Part shown: positions 39,124 to 50,984 of the stretch, in pieces
How the letters are laid out: each line of letters begins with the position of its first letter
Position numbering within the stretch: the first letter of the stretch is position 1
DNA from: an uncultured Gemmatimonadales bacterium
GTDB taxonomy: Bacteria; Gemmatimonadota; Gemmatimonadetes; Gemmatimonadales; GWC2-71-9
Assembly (NCBI GenBank): GCA_963825055.1
Contig: CAWGSK010000009.1
Coordinates: forward strand, 254,977-318,976
Reading direction: 5' to 3'
Length of the DNA stretch: 64,000 nucleotides
The notes under the pieces: model-generated
What the model was told of the DNA's origin: nothing
Databases searched by the model: none
Seen by the model: only the letters and a program-made list of their open reading frames with translations
Made by a program: the position numbers and the translations under genes

Positions 39124-40086
39124 TCAGAGACAGGACTGGCGGGGAGCCGCCGGGGGAGAAGGGCGGCCGGCCTCAACCGGGTACTTCCGGTTGCTCCAGT
39201 CCTCCCAGCTTCCGTCGTAGAAACGCACGTCGAGCTCCAGCATCCGGGCAACGAAGTACACGAGACTCGCGCGCAGGCCGACCATGCAATACACAACTAC
39301 ATGCTCCGCCCCATCGGCCCCCAGTGCAGCCAGCCGATGGCGCAGGGCCGGCGCCGGGAGGAGCCGGCCGTCACCACCCACCAGGTCCTCCCACCTGACC
39401 TGGACGGCGCCCGGAATGTGGCCGGCGAGGTGCATGCCGTGCCCCCCGTCGTCACCCGTGTATTCGTCATCAGGCCGGACATCGAGCAGCAAGGTTCGCG
39501 GGTCATGCATCCTCCGACGCACCCACTCCGCGTCCACGATGCGCCCGGACGAGGGATGGACCGTCAACCTCCCGCTGATCGGCACGGAATCCGCTGTCGC
39601 TTCCCTTTCGACAGGACCGCCGTCGGCAACCCACGCCTCGAGGCCACCGTCCAGCACTGCGGCGCGCCCCGCGAGCCCGAGGACGTCGAGCGTCAGCCAG
39701 GCGCGCATCACCGGGAGGATGTCGCCGTACAGCACCACCCGGCGCCCGTCCTCGAGCCCGGCGAGCCGGAAGGCCCTGACGAGGTCGGGCACGGGTGGGA
39801 TCTCCACTGCCAGGCCTGTCGAGTCGCTGAGAATGGAGTGGTAGTCAAGCCACCGGGCCCCCGGGACATGTCCGCGGATCCAGGCCGCCGGGCCCGCGGA
39901 CACGTGCAGGATCACCAGGTCCGGATCGTCGAGGTGGCTACGAAGCCACGTCGCCGTGACGAGCGGCCGGGGAAAAGGCTCGTGTCGAGGGGGCACCTCC
40001 CGGCCAGCGCTGAACAGGGCGAGGCAAGGGGAATGGCGGCAAACGGCGAGGTCAAGGACGGCTCCGATGGCTGGGTCGGAGTCCAC
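39124..40086 (-). CDS. Two-domain rhodanese sulfurtransferase (start uncertain, possible indel in the leader)
   Basis: LVTATWL, GHVPGA, GHIPGA, YCMVGLRAS, YDGSWEDW. Confidence 0.88.
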   Translation of the reverse strand: MDSDPAIGAVLDLAVCRHSPCLALFSAGREVPPRHEPFPRPLVTATWLRSHLDDPDLVILHVSAGPAAWIRGHVPGARWLDYHSILSDSTGLAVEIPPVPDLVRAFRLAGLEDGRRVVLYGDILPVMRAWLTLDVLGLAGRAAVLDGGLEAWVADGGPVEREATADSVPISGRLTVHPSSGRIVDAEWVRRRMHDPRTLLLDVRPDDEYTGDDGGHGMHLAGHIPGAVQVRWEDLVGGDGRLLPAPALRHRLAALGADGAEHVVVYCMVGLRASLVYFVARMLELDVRFYDGSWEDWSNRKYPVEAGRPSPPAAPRQSCL

Positions 40087-40151
40087 GTTATCACGGAAAG
40101 GCCTGACACTGGTGGCGGGGGCGTTGCGGATGTGTGCGGAAAGTTTGAAGC

Positions 40152-40837
<686 letters not shown>

Positions 40838-40841
<4 letters not shown>

Positions 40842-42457
40842 GAGACCGATGGACCGGCCGCGGGGAAATCGATGATGAACACGCTGCCACCACCGGCTGC
40901 ATCTTCCAGCCGGAGGGTGGCGCCGTGGCGTCGCGCCGCATCGCGCACGACGGACAGCCCGATCCCGCTCCCGCCAATCGCACGCGCCGAGGTGTCGTCG
41001 CCCCGGACAAACGGATCCCAGATCCGGTCGCGCATGGCGGCAGGAATCCCCGGCCCCTGGTCGGACACCGACAACCGCACGGTCCCGTTGTCACGTGCCA
41101 CCCGGACCTCCACCCGCTGGCCTTCCGGACCGTACTTCACCGCGTTGTCGAGCAGGTTCAGCAGGAGCTGGCGAAATAACTCACGATTGAGCGGCGCCGC
41201 CGCGCCCTCGTCCAGTTCCGCGCGAACGGTCACCCGACGCGACTCCGCCAGCGGCTGGAAACCGCGCACGACATCCGCGGCCTCGGCGGCCACATCCGCC
41301 GGGGCGAGGTCGGCGTGCTCCATGGAGCCGCGGCTGAACTGGAGGACGTTGCTCACCAGGTGCGAGAGGCGGATCGTTTCACGGTCCACGTGCTCGAGCA
41401 GCCAGTCCCGTTCCGCATCACTGTCATAACGGCCCAGTCGCAGGGTTTCCAGAAAGAGCCGGATCTGCGCCAGCGGTGTGCGCAGTTCATGGGACACCGC
41501 AGCCACAAAATCCGCCTGGCGCCGGGCAAAGGCCCGCTCGCGCTGGAACTGCCGCATCGCCACGACGGTGAGGGCGATCGCGGCCAGCACGATGGCGAGC
41601 AGGAAGAGGAGTCTCGACCGTGCATTGTCTCCGCGAAGACGCAATTTGCCAGCGGGGAAGCACGGTCGCCTCCAGCCGGAGGCCCCCGTTGCGCGGAATG
41701 GAATCGCGGCGCTGAACAGGGCGTCCCCCGGCCACGAATCGGACTCGTAGAGCGCCCGCTGTCCCCGGTAATATCCGGACTGCCACAATGGAATCGACAG
41801 CGAGGCCGGATGCCCGCCGGAGGCAGAACGTCGGTGCTCACCAGGGCATCGTGGAAGAGCGTGGGAAGGGACGTGTTGTCGAACACGAAACCGTAGAGAA
41901 GGCCTCGGCCCACGCGGTGGGCATGAGCCATAGGCCACGACTGCTCGGCGCCGTCCGGTGGTGGCCGCAATCACGCCCAGCGGAACTGCCCGGCACGCGC
42001 GCCGCGGCGTTCAGCGTATCGGTGAGCCAGCGGCCGAAGTCCGCCTCGATCGGTTCTCCGGTCACGTCCAGCTATCCGCCCCCACGGTGAACTTGAAATA
42101 CATTCCGCGCGCCAGGGAACCATGCAGTGGCAGCTCTGCAGGCTCCGCTCGAGGGAGACCGGGATCCGCACAGGTCGGGATCAGGCCGATTGTCGTAGCG
42201 GGTCGTGCAGAATCGTGTTCCGGGCAACGCACGCGGCCTCCCCCAGAGATGCGCTGGCGGAACGCTGGTAGGTCCACGCGGCAAAGGAGGCGTAATTCCC
42301 GCAGGAGGTCCTCGACGTCCGGCGTGCCCGGTACACGCCCATCCACGCCTCCGCGCGGCCACCAGGGTGATCGCGAGGGTTGGGACGAGAACGGCAGCGG
42401 CCAGACCCTCGGGGCGGCGGGCACTTCGGGGCATGCAGGCTCCTGCGGAAGGATCAT
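40838..42457 (-). CDS. Sensor histidine kinase; N-terminal half broken by several frameshifts
   Basis: Intact C-terminus SHELRTPL, NLLDNAVKY, DQGPGI, GSGIGL. Upstream region jumps frames; start approximate. Confidence 0.8.
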
Positions 42458-42519
42458 GGGAACGTTACGGCGCGTCCCGGAGCGGGCGACGCGTAAAGTG
42501 AGAAAGTGTGGAGGGTCCG

Positions 42520-43077
42520 TTAGGCCCCCGGGTCGACGGTGCGGGCTATCCGCGCCATCGGGACCACCGTCCCGTCCGGAAGCTCGTACTTCACCTTCTC
42601 CGTGACGTAAAATCCGAGCGCCTGTACAGCGGCTCGCCCGGCAGGGTGGACATCAGTCCCAGCTGCACGAACCCCGCTCGCGGCGGCCGCGGGCGCTGTT
42701 CGAAGATTCGCGGCCGAGGCCACGGCGGGCGTGATCAGGATGCACGAAGAACGCCCCGGATCCGGGCCGGGTCACGCCCCGGGATCGAGCGGGGGATCGT
42801 CGCCATTCCTTCATCTAGTCGCCGCCGGAGAGGATTCCCCGCCGCTCCCATCCTTCCGCCGCGACGATCCGGGCATCAACTTTGGCGACATAGTTATCTC
42901 CATCCCGCACTAGGCGCATATCAGACCGAAAACATCTGGTCGCAGACACTTTCCACCTGCGTTGATCGAGTCGACCCCTCGCTCAACCCGCGCGCCAAGC
43001 GTTCGATCAGGGGGGCGATGGCAGGAATGTCGTCCGTCCGTGCCCAGCCAAGAGAGCACGGGCGCGAGTTGAGCCAT
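42520..43077 (-). pseudogene. GNAT N-acetyltransferase, heavily frameshifted (likely consensus errors)
   Basis: Fragments ARTDDIPAIAPLI, IRAFFVHPDHARRGLGR and ALGF..ELPDGTVVP lie in different frames. Confidence 0.65.
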
Positions 43078-43822
43078 CCACTGCAACCCAGCCCTGCCCT
43101 GGAGCGGCCACCGCACCGTGTGACGTGTCGTTCCCCAGAGGGGCGCCAGTGCATCGGCGAGAACCGGCAGCGGGTCGGTCCCCGTCCGCTTCCGGTACCG
43201 CGTCGTCGCGGACCACGTGCCGAGATAGGCCAGGAACTCGGCCTGCGTCCAGTGTTTCTCCAGCACCAGATCGGGGAAAGGGGCGCTCGAGGAAGGGAAA
43301 GGGGAGGGTCGGTGTAGCCGGACTCGATGTGTTCCCGCTCTGGAGGCCAGTCGGCACCGAGGGTCTCCTCGTAGAACGGGATCACGAGGGCATCGATTTC
43401 CGGCGAGACCCGGCAGTTTCCATAGCACCAGATGGCGATGACGCCGTCCGGTTGCAGTACCCGCCGCGCCTCCGCGTAGAATCGCTCGAGGTCGAACCAG
43501 TGGGCAGCCTGGGCGGCAGTAACCAGGTCCGTGCTCCGCGTCAAGGCAGGCCCGAGTCATCCTCGGCACCGACCGCGTAACTGATCCGGGGGTCCGGCCG
43601 TGCCTGCGCCACCTGGGCCTCGGCCGGATCGGTCGCGCGGACTCGACTGAGACAACGGGGCGAGGGAGGAGGCCGCCTGCCCGCTCCCCGTGCCGCAATC
43701 CCAGGCCTGATCATGCCCCGGCGCCAGCGCGGAAAGGTACGCGAACAGTCCGGCTGGATAGGTCCGGGCGGGCGGCGGCGTAGGCGGGAGCAGTCGCTGG
43801 AGAAGTGATCCTTGAAGGCCAT
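43070..43822 (-). pseudogene. Class I SAM-dependent methyltransferase, frameshifted
   Basis: MAFKDHFS, AWDCGTGSGQA, DLVTAAQAAHWFD, YLGTWSA across frames; end approximate. Confidence 0.8.
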
Positions 43823-43834
43823 GACGCCCGTGGG

Positions 43835-44166
43835 TTACTCCAGGACCACCGCGGTCCCGCTCGCGCGTCACCATCAGCATCCCACCACCGCCTCCCATCG
43901 TGATGGTTTCGTAATCCAGGTCCACGCCGATAACGGCGTTCGCGCCAAGCGCCTTCGGCGGCGGCGACTCATTTCCTCGAGTGCGACGTCCTTCGCCTTG
44001 CGGAGTTCCTTCTCGTAGCTCGCGGACCGGCCCCCGACGATGTCGCGAATCCCGGCGAAGGATGTCCCGGAAGATGTTGGCGCCGAGGATAGCCTCGCCG
44101 GGTGACAATGCCGAGGTACTTCCGGACGCGATGGCCGTCGAGCGAGTCAGTTGTGGTAATCTGCAT
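43835..44166 (-). pseudogene. YbjQ/UPF0145 family protein, frameshifted
   Basis: [48 protein letters not shown]. Confidence 0.85.
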
Positions 44167-44216
44167 CGTGCACTCCCGGCCCTGGCGGGCCTCCGATGTG
44201 CTGGTGAGTGGCGGGA

Positions 44217-44697
44217 TCAGCCGCCGGACCAGATCCCCAGGCACCGGCGGACCGCCACGATCTGGCCCGTGTGGTAGGCAGTGTCGTCCGCCGTGAGCAG
44301 TATCTCGCGCAGGTATGTCTGGCCGGCGCCGCGCGGTATCGCCGCGAGCAGGTCGCAATCCGGATCCTCGGCCAGTGCCTGCAGGCGCTTCCGGTCCTCG
44401 CGGAAACCGTGGAGCGTGTCGTTCCACTGTTCCTCCGACGGGCGCTCCCTGCGGTGGCCAGTAATCGTCCGGCCAGTTGTGCTCTTTGTAGTCCGGGTTC
44501 AGGCAGAAATCGAGAATGTCCTGCTGGGTGAACCAGATGTGCCAGAGCAGCCGCCAACAGGAGTACGGGAGTTGCGCTGGTGTCTCGCCGCGACGCTCCG
44601 GGGGAATGCCATCCACCGCGCGTTCAAGATTCAGGTGCGCCTCTTCCCAGTCGAGAATCCGCGCCAGTTGCTCACGCAAAGCCGCCGGATATTGCAT
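44217..44697 (-). pseudogene. DinB-family protein, frameshifted
   Basis: AHLNLERAVDG, PYSCWRLLWHIWFTQQDIL, WPDDYWP; GQTYLREILL..AYHTGQ in another frame. Confidence 0.78.
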
Positions 44698-44730
44698 ACC
44701 CACTCCCTTTCCCTGTTACCTGTTCCCTTG

Positions 44731-46074
44731 CTACTCGCTACTCAATATCGATTCCACCACCCGATACATGAACTCGACGCCAAACCTGATGTTGGCCAGG
44801 CTCACCCGTTCATCGTTCCCGTGGATGCCTGCCAGGTCGTCCGGGGTGGTCCGGAACGGGTCCAGGCCGTACGCGGCGATGCCCAGTTCCCGATAATAGC
44901 AACTGTCGCTGTACCCCGTCATGACCTGCGTGGTCACCGGGGTGCCCGGATCCATCACTTCCACCGCTCGCCGGACCGCCTCCACGACTGGCCCGGAGAA
45001 CGGCGCCACGGCGGTGGGCCTGGCCTGATTGGTCCGCTCGATATCGATCCCGTCATCATCCAGCACGGTCCGCAGCTGGGCCAGGAATTCCTCCGGCGAG
45101 GTCCCCGGCAGCAGCCGGACGTCCACCTGCGCGGTTGCGAGCGGGGGGATCAGGTTCACCTTGTCGCTCCCGCTCATCCCCGTGATGCTCACGGTGTTCC
45201 GGAGCAGGGCATTGAGGTAGCGGTCGCCGGTGAGCCAGGCACGGGCTTCTGCGTCGTCCAGCGCCCGGGTGGGGTCGGCCAGCCAGCTCCGCCGGGCCGG
45301 GTCGGGCTCGTGTGCGGCAAGGGTTCTCAGGTATTCCTCGACCGGCTCTGTGAGGATCAGGGGTGTCTCCCATGCGGCAAGCCGGCCGAGGGCCCGGGCC
45401 AAGCGTGCCACGGCATTTGCCGGTGTCGGTCGGGAACCGTGGCCGGGCGCGCCGCGGGCGGTCAGCTTGAGCCAGAGCGGGAGTTTCTCCGTGAGTTCGA
45501 TGCCGTAGTACCGGGTCCGGCCGTCCGCGCCGACCGGATTTTCGCCGCCTTCGTTTATGACAAACTCCACGTCGTGGAGCAGGTGGCCCCGTTCCCGGCT
45601 GAACCATCTGGCACCGGTGCTGCCGGCCTCCTCGTCCGCGTTGGCGACCAGGACCAGGTCACGCTCCAGGGGAATGCCCCGCCGGCGAAGGGCCACCATG
45701 GTCATGAGCTCGACCATCCCCATTCCCTTCATGTCCAGCGCGCCCCGGCCCCACACGTATCCGCCGCGGAAGGTTCCAGAGAGCGGAGGCACGCTCCAGG
45801 CCTCGGCGGTGGCGGGCACGACGTCGATATGGCTCAGGAGCAGGAGCGCCCCCCCACCACCGGTACCCGCCAGCCGGGCATACAGGTTCCCCCGGCCCGG
45901 GTCGGAGTCGTGGATCTCCGCGTCAATTCCCTCGGTATCCAGCAGCCGCTTCAGGAACTCGGCGCCAGCCCGCTCGTTTCCCGGCGGGTTGATGGTGTCG
46001 ATCCGGAGGTACTCTGCGAGCCGGCCGGCGGTTTCCTCGGCCAGCGCATCGAAATCTGGAAGGTATGCGTTCAC
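44731..46074 (-). CDS. M20/M25/M40 family metallohydrolase (peptidase or acylase)
   Basis: LLSHIDVVP, WGRGALDMKG, ADEEAG, NEGG, GHGS, HGNDER. Confidence 0.92.
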   Translation of the reverse strand: MNAYLPDFDALAEETAGRLAEYLRIDTINPPGNERAGAEFLKRLLDTEGIDAEIHDSDPGRGNLYARLAGTGGGGALLLLSHIDVVPATAEAWSVPPLSGTFRGGYVWGRGALDMKGMGMVELMTMVALRRRGIPLERDLVLVANADEEAGSTGARWFSRERGHLLHDVEFVINEGGENPVGADGRTRYYGIELTEKLPLWLKLTARGAPGHGSRPTPANAVARLARALGRLAAWETPLILTEPVEEYLRTLAAHEPDPARRSWLADPTRALDDAEARAWLTGDRYLNALLRNTVSITGMSGSDKVNLIPPLATAQVDVRLLPGTSPEEFLAQLRTVLDDDGIDIERTNQARPTAVAPFSGPVVEAVRRAVEVMDPGTPVTTQVMTGYSDSCYYRELGIAAYGLDPFRTTPDDLAGIHGNDERVSLANIRFGVEFMYRVVESILSSE

Positions 46075-46095
46075 AGTCTCCCCACGAATACAGAA

Positions 46096-46117
46096 GGGCG
46101 GGCTCCGAAGCCCGCCC
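46096..46117 (-). terminator. Intrinsic terminator of the cox operon
   Basis: GGGCGGGCT-N4-AGCCCGCCC followed by ttctgtatt on the minus strand. Confidence 0.65.
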
Positions 46118-46154
46118 ACCAGTCACTACTCACTACCTCACTACTCACTGCAGT

Positions 46155-46484
46155 CTACATCGGCATCAGCGTATGCACGCTGAAGAGCGCGATCAGGGCC
46201 AGGATGATGACGATCGCGATGAGGATGGGAAAGACGAACAGGCCCGTGAACAGCCTGGAATCCGGCTTGAGATGCATGTAGTACATCGCGACCAGCGCGA
46301 ACTTGATCGTCATGAGGACGAGCAGGATCGGCACCAGCCATGCACGGATGGATTCGACGTAGTAGACCGCGACCTCGAAGGCCGTCAGGATGACCAGGGT
46401 CAGCGCGATCTTGGAATACGTCGCGGCGGTCGGGTGCGCGTGCTCGTGGGTCTGGGCGTGGGCTTCCATGGGCATCGCCCTCAC
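46155..46484 (-). CDS. Cytochrome c oxidase subunit IV (caa3-type)
   Basis: LTAFEVAVYY, KFALVAMYYMHLKPD; last gene of the cox operon. Confidence 0.88.
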   Translation of the reverse strand: MRAMPMEAHAQTHEHAHPTAATYSKIALTLVILTAFEVAVYYVESIRAWLVPILLVLMTIKFALVAMYYMHLKPDSRLFTGLFVFPILIAIVIILALIALFSVHTLMPM

Positions 46485-47113
46485 TTGATCAGGTAGATGA
46501 CGGTGAAGATCACGATCCAGATCACGTCAACGAAGTGCCAGTACAGTGCGGCGATCTCGAGGTTCAGCGCCTTCTCCGGCGGGAGGTCGCCGCGCAGGGC
46601 GGTAAACAGCACCGAGCCGAGCCAGATGAGCCCGATGGTGACGTGACCGCCGTGGAATCCGGTCAGGGTGAAGAAGGTGGCGCCGAAGAGGTTCCCCTGG
46701 AGCGTCAGCCCTTCGTGCACGAAATGGGAGAACTCGTAGACCTGGCCGCCCAGGAAGATCGCCCCGCCCACCATGGTCGCCGAGAGCCAGCCGATCAGCA
46801 TCTTCCGGTTCCCGCGCTGCGCGCCGGCCAGCGCCAGTACGACCGCGAAGGAACTCATCAGCAGCACGAAGGTGCTGACCGACGTGAGCGGGATGTTGAG
46901 AATCGGCGCCACCGTATGGCCGGTGGCCGGGTTGACCCAGCTCTCGTGGGGGAAGGGGCCGGTCAGGCTCTTCCCCTTGTAGACCATGTAGGTCGAAATC
47001 AGGGAGGCGAAGAAGAGACACTCGGAGCCGATGAAGGTCCAGATCGCCAGCTTCCGGTTGTCGAGGCCGGTGGACGTCTCCATGTGCAGCGCGTGTGCGT
47101 CAGCGTGAGCCAC
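46481..47113 (-). CDS. ctaE: Cytochrome c oxidase subunit III
   Basis: WTFIGSECLFFASL, FFTLTGFHGGHV, LYWHFVDVIW. Confidence 0.95.
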   Translation of the reverse strand: MAHADAHALHMETSTGLDNRKLAIWTFIGSECLFFASLISTYMVYKGKSLTGPFPHESWVNPATGHTVAPILNIPLTSVSTFVLLMSSFAVVLALAGAQRGNRKMLIGWLSATMVGGAIFLGGQVYEFSHFVHEGLTLQGNLFGATFFTLTGFHGGHVTIGLIWLGSVLFTALRGDLPPEKALNLEIAALYWHFVDVIWIVIFTVIYLIK

Positions 47114-47137
47114 GTTCCGTTCCTTATGCCAGTGCGG

Positions 47138-48967
47138 TCAGCCCGTGGGCTCGAAGGCCCACCGGAAGATGCCGGTGAAGAGGATGACGGCGCCGACCAG
47201 GTTCACGTAGGGGAACCCGATGATAAAGCCGCAGAAGACCACCAGCACACCGATGGCGGTGACCAGCGGCCAGTACGACGGGTTGGGCAGGTGGATGCCC
47301 TCGCCGCTCACCGGCGTCGGCTCCGGCAGCGGGCCGCCGCGCTCACGCTTGACCTCCCACAGGGGGTCGCGCGAGTGGACGACGGGCGTCTCCGGGAAAT
47401 TGAACTCCTGCGGCGGCGACGGAATGGACCACTCCAGGGTGGCACCGTTCCACGGGTCGGCGGGAGCCGGGTTGGCGTCGCGGCTACGGACGCTCCGGAA
47501 GATGTTGTAGATGAAGACCAGGAACGAGAAGCCCAGGATGAGCGACCCGGCGGTCTCCACCATGTTCCAGAGGTCGAAGCCCAGGCCCGCGGGATACGTG
47601 TAGACCCGGCGGGGCATGCCGTTCAGCCCGAGGAAGTGCATCGGGAAGAACGTGAGGTTGAACCCGACGAACATCAGCCAGAAATGCACCTTGCCCAGTG
47701 CATCGCTGAGCATTACGCCGAACATTTTCGGGAACCAGTAGTAGGCCCCGGCCACCAGGGCAAAGATGCTGCCGCCGAACAGCACGTAGTGGAAGTGCGC
47801 CACCACGAAGTAGCTGTCCGTCTGCTGCAGGTCGGCCGGCGGGCTGGCGTGCATGATGCCCGAGAGGCCGCCGATGATGAACATGGCGATGAAGCCGAGG
47901 GCGAAGTACATCGGGGTCTTCATCTGGAGCGACCCGCCCCAGATGGTGCCGATCCAGTTGAAGATCTTCACTCCGGTGGGAATCGCGATCAGCATGGTGG
48001 CGAGCGAGAACACCGAGTCCGCCACCGGCCCCATGCCGGTGGCAAACATGTGGTGGCTCCAGACGCCGAAGCCCAGGAAGGCGATGAAGGCGCCCGAGAA
48101 GACCATCGCCGCGTAGCCGAACAGCGGCTTCCGCGAGAAGACCGGCAGAATCTCGGACACGATGCCGAAGGCCGGCAGGATCAGGATGTAGACCTCCGGA
48201 TGCCCGAAGATCCAGAACAGGTGCTGCCAGAGCGTGGGATCGCCGCCGCCCGACACCACGTAGAAATGGGTCCCGACAACGCGGTCGAACATCAGCAGGA
48301 TCAGGGCGACCGTAATGACCGGGAAGGCCAGCAGCAGCAGGACCTGGGTGATGAAGCTCATCCAGACGAACATCGGCATGCGCATCAGCTTCATGCCGGG
48401 GCTGCGGAGGTTGACGATCGTCACGAAGAAGTTCACGGCGGCCGCCAGGGACGCCACGCCCAGGACCTGCAGGCCCACGACCCAGAAGTCGATGTTCGGG
48501 CCCGGGGAATACTGGGGGCTCGTGAGGTTGGCGTATCCGAACCAGCCGGCGTCGGGTGCGGCGGAGAACAGGAAGCTGGCGTTCAGCAGCAGCCCGCCCA
48601 TCACGAACACCCAGTAGCTGAAGGCGTTCAGGCGGGGGAAGGCCACGTCCCGCGCGCCGATCTGGAGGGGGATCATGTAGTTGAAGAACATCGCCGACAG
48701 CGGCATCACCCCCAGGAAGATCATGGTGGTGCCGTGCATCGTGAACAGCTGGTTGTAGGTCTCCGGGGAGAGGAACGTGCTGTCCGGCCGCGCCAGCTGC
48801 CACCGGATCAGCAGCGCCTCGAGGCCCCCGATCAGGAAGAAGATGAACGCCGTCACCCCATACAGGATGCCGATCCGCTTGTGGTCGACGGTTGTCAGCC
48901 AGCTCCACAGCCCGGTCTTGGCGCTGGCAGCGTGGGTTCCGTGGTGTTCGAGTGCTGTGGTTGCCAT
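47138..48967 (-). CDS. ctaD: Cytochrome c oxidase subunit I (A1 type)
   Basis: TVDHKRIG, TMHGTTM, GHPEVY, WSHHMF, AHFHY, GMPRR. Confidence 0.97.
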   Translation of the reverse strand: MATTALEHHGTHAASAKTGLWSWLTTVDHKRIGILYGVTAFIFFLIGGLEALLIRWQLARPDSTFLSPETYNQLFTMHGTTMIFLGVMPLSAMFFNYMIPLQIGARDVAFPRLNAFSYWVFVMGGLLLNASFLFSAAPDAGWFGYANLTSPQYSPGPNIDFWVVGLQVLGVASLAAAVNFFVTIVNLRSPGMKLMRMPMFVWMSFITQVLLLLAFPVITVALILLMFDRVVGTHFYVVSGGGDPTLWQHLFWIFGHPEVYILILPAFGIVSEILPVFSRKPLFGYAAMVFSGAFIAFLGFGVWSHHMFATGMGPVADSVFSLATMLIAIPTGVKIFNWIGTIWGGSLQMKTPMYFALGFIAMFIIGGLSGIMHASPPADLQQTDSYFVVAHFHYVLFGGSIFALVAGAYYWFPKMFGVMLSDALGKVHFWLMFVGFNLTFFPMHFLGLNGMPRRVYTYPAGLGFDLWNMVETAGSLILGFSFLVFIYNIFRSVRSRDANPAPADPWNGATLEWSIPSPPQEFNFPETPVVHSRDPLWEVKRERGGPLPEPTPVSGEGIHLPNPSYWPLVTAIGVLVVFCGFIIGFPYVNLVGAVILFTGIFRWAFEPTG

Positions 48968-49005
48968 GCTCTCTCGGTCCTCGCGTGGACGACCCGCAGG
49001 ATCAG

Positions 49006-50070
49006 TTACTTGTGCGCCCGGAGGTAGGCGACCAGGGTCTGGACCTCTTCCTCCGTCAACTTCCGCGGCAGCTTCATGAGGCTGCCTTCCTTCATGGCCT
49101 GCGGATCGCGCAGCCACCGGGCCAGATTTTCGTCAGTGTTCGGCATCAGGTTGGCCACCAGCGTGGTGCGGCTCCCGACGTGGGTCAGGTTGGGACCGAC
49201 CATCGTCATCACGCCGCCCGTGGGTGTTCCCCCCATCGCATGGCAGCCGATACAGCCGCCCGCCAGGAAGGTCGCCTTCCCCTTCTCCATGACGCTGTCC
49301 GGGGCCACAATCGCCCCCTCCGGCATGGCGCCGGCGTTGACCATCGGCGAGCCGACCTGCTCGCTGGCGGCCCACGCCTCGAATTCCGCCGGCTCGTCGG
49401 CGATCACCTTGAACCCCATCCGGCCGTGCTGGATTCCGCAGAACTCCGCGCACTGGCCGGTGTAGTCCCCGGCCTCCTCGGCCTTGAACCAGAGGGTGTT
49501 ATAGCGGCGGGGGAAGGCGTCCCGCTTGGCCGCCAGCTGGGGCAGCCAGAAGCTGTGGAGGACATCGTGGGTGATGATCTTGAGGGCCACGGTCCTGCCG
49601 ACCGGGATGTGCATTTCGTTGGCGGTCACCACCTGCTGGTCCGGGTAACGGAATTCCCACCACCACTGGTGGCCGATGACCTCGATCGTGAGCGCCCCCG
49701 ACGGAACCTCGGCGGTCCGGAAGATCGTCCGGATGGTGGGAACCGCGATCAGCGCGAGAATGACCGCCGGAATGATGGTCCAGACGATCTCCACCGTGGT
49801 GTTGCCATGCGTCTGGCGGGGCTCTGGATCGTCCGGCTTCCCGCGGAACCTGATGATGGCGAACACCAGGGCCCCCTCGACCAGGACAAACACGAGAACC
49901 GCCCACCAGACGGTTGTCATGAAGAGGCCGTCGATCATGCGCGTGAAATCGGACTTCGGCGCCAGGGTGCTCTGGGAATAGTTCTCAGCGCATCCGGCGA
50001 CGAACAGAAGGACGGCGGGCAGCAGGGCCCGCAGCCCGGCTGGTCCGGAAATGAACTTCCGGAATGACAT
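49006..50070 (-). CDS. ctaC: Cytochrome c oxidase subunit II with fused cytochrome c (caa3-type)
   Basis: Lipobox VAGC; HQWWWEF; DVLHSF; CuA motif CAEFCGIQHGRM; heme c motif CIGCH. Confidence 0.96.
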   Translation of the reverse strand: MSFRKFISGPAGLRALLPAVLLFVAGCAENYSQSTLAPKSDFTRMIDGLFMTTVWWAVLVFVLVEGALVFAIIRFRGKPDDPEPRQTHGNTTVEIVWTIIPAVILALIAVPTIRTIFRTAEVPSGALTIEVIGHQWWWEFRYPDQQVVTANEMHIPVGRTVALKIITHDVLHSFWLPQLAAKRDAFPRRYNTLWFKAEEAGDYTGQCAEFCGIQHGRMGFKVIADEPAEFEAWAASEQVGSPMVNAGAMPEGAIVAPDSVMEKGKATFLAGGCIGCHAMGGTPTGGVMTMVGPNLTHVGSRTTLVANLMPNTDENLARWLRDPQAMKEGSLMKLPRKLTEEEVQTLVAYLRAHK

Positions 50071-50124
50071 TAGGCGATTACCCCAACGAGAATGTGCGGC
50101 CAGTCCGAAGGAAAATCGTGCGGC

Positions 50125-50153
50125 ACGATACCCACGAAGCTCCCATTCGTCAA
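50125..50153 (-). promoter_or_regulatory. Putative sigma70 promoter of the cox operon
   Basis: Minus strand TTGACG-N17-TATCGT, about 55 bp upstream of the subunit II start. Confidence 0.6.
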
Positions 50154-50331
50154 GAAGTTAGCGGCCCTCCACCCCCCGGCGGCAGCGGGCGGAGCCGAAC
50201 GGCCATCAGATTAGGCACCTGCCTCCAAAAGAACAACCCGTCCCCGAATCCCGGTCGCATTGACGCGTCCCGGACTGGCTTGCACTTTGGTGCCGTTACG
50301 TCGGTCACTCCCCTTGAACGACGGAGGTCTG

Positions 50332-50897
50332 ATGGTCCCGCTCGCTTCGTTGTGGCTCCCCATCCTCCTTGCGGCGGCCCTGGTCTGGGTTGCCGGTTCG
50401 ATCATGTGGATGGTCATGCCCCACCACCGGTCCGACTTCAAGGCACTTCCTGACGAAGAGGCGGCCCGCCAGGCCCTTCGTCCGGGGCCGCGCCGGGCCA
50501 GTATGTCATCCCCCACATGGCCACCAGAGATGCCATGAAGGACCCGGCCTACGTGAAGAAGCTCGAAGAGGGCCCCACGGCGCATCGTGACCGTCGATCC
50601 CTCCAGGACCACCCAACATGGGTAAGAGCCTGGGACTCTACTTCCTTTATTGCGTGGTCGTAACGGTCTTCGTGGCGTATGTCGCGACCCGGAGCCTGCC
50701 CCGTGGGTACTCCCGTACCTCCATGGTGTTCCAGGCGACCTGACTGTCGCCTGGAATCGGGCTTATGCCTTCGGGTCGATCTGGGACCGGTCTGGGTCGG
50801 TCGGCCCTGGAGCACCGACCTGGAAGAACCTCTTATTCTGGCTCAGAAAAACGGGCCCGCCCACAGGCGGGGTCATGGGGCCGAGGTGGCCGGCTGA
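50332..50897 (+). pseudogene. Hypothetical membrane protein, frameshifted
   Basis: MVPLASLWLPILLAAALVWVAGSIMWMVMPHHRSDF, then frame jumps; GRPWS further on. End approximate. Confidence 0.55.
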
Positions 50898-50904
50898 CAG
50901 AACA

Positions 50905-50980
50905 AGGGAAGAGAGAAAGGGGAAGAGGGAACAGGGGAAGACTTCTCTCCTGTTCCCTCTTGCCTTTCCCCTGTTCCCTG
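50905..50980. repeat. Heptamer-built inverted repeat, same family as 37324-37404
   Basis: GGGAAGAGGGAACAGG (50920-50935) and CCTGTTCCCTCTT (50949-50961). Confidence 0.88.
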
Positions 50981-50984
50981 GTGT

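Noticed and set aside
42520..44700. Programmed frameshifting or recoding in the GNAT, methyltransferase, ybjQ and dinB genes
   Set aside because: There are several irregular indels per gene and no slippery-site or hairpin pattern; sequencing error explains them better.
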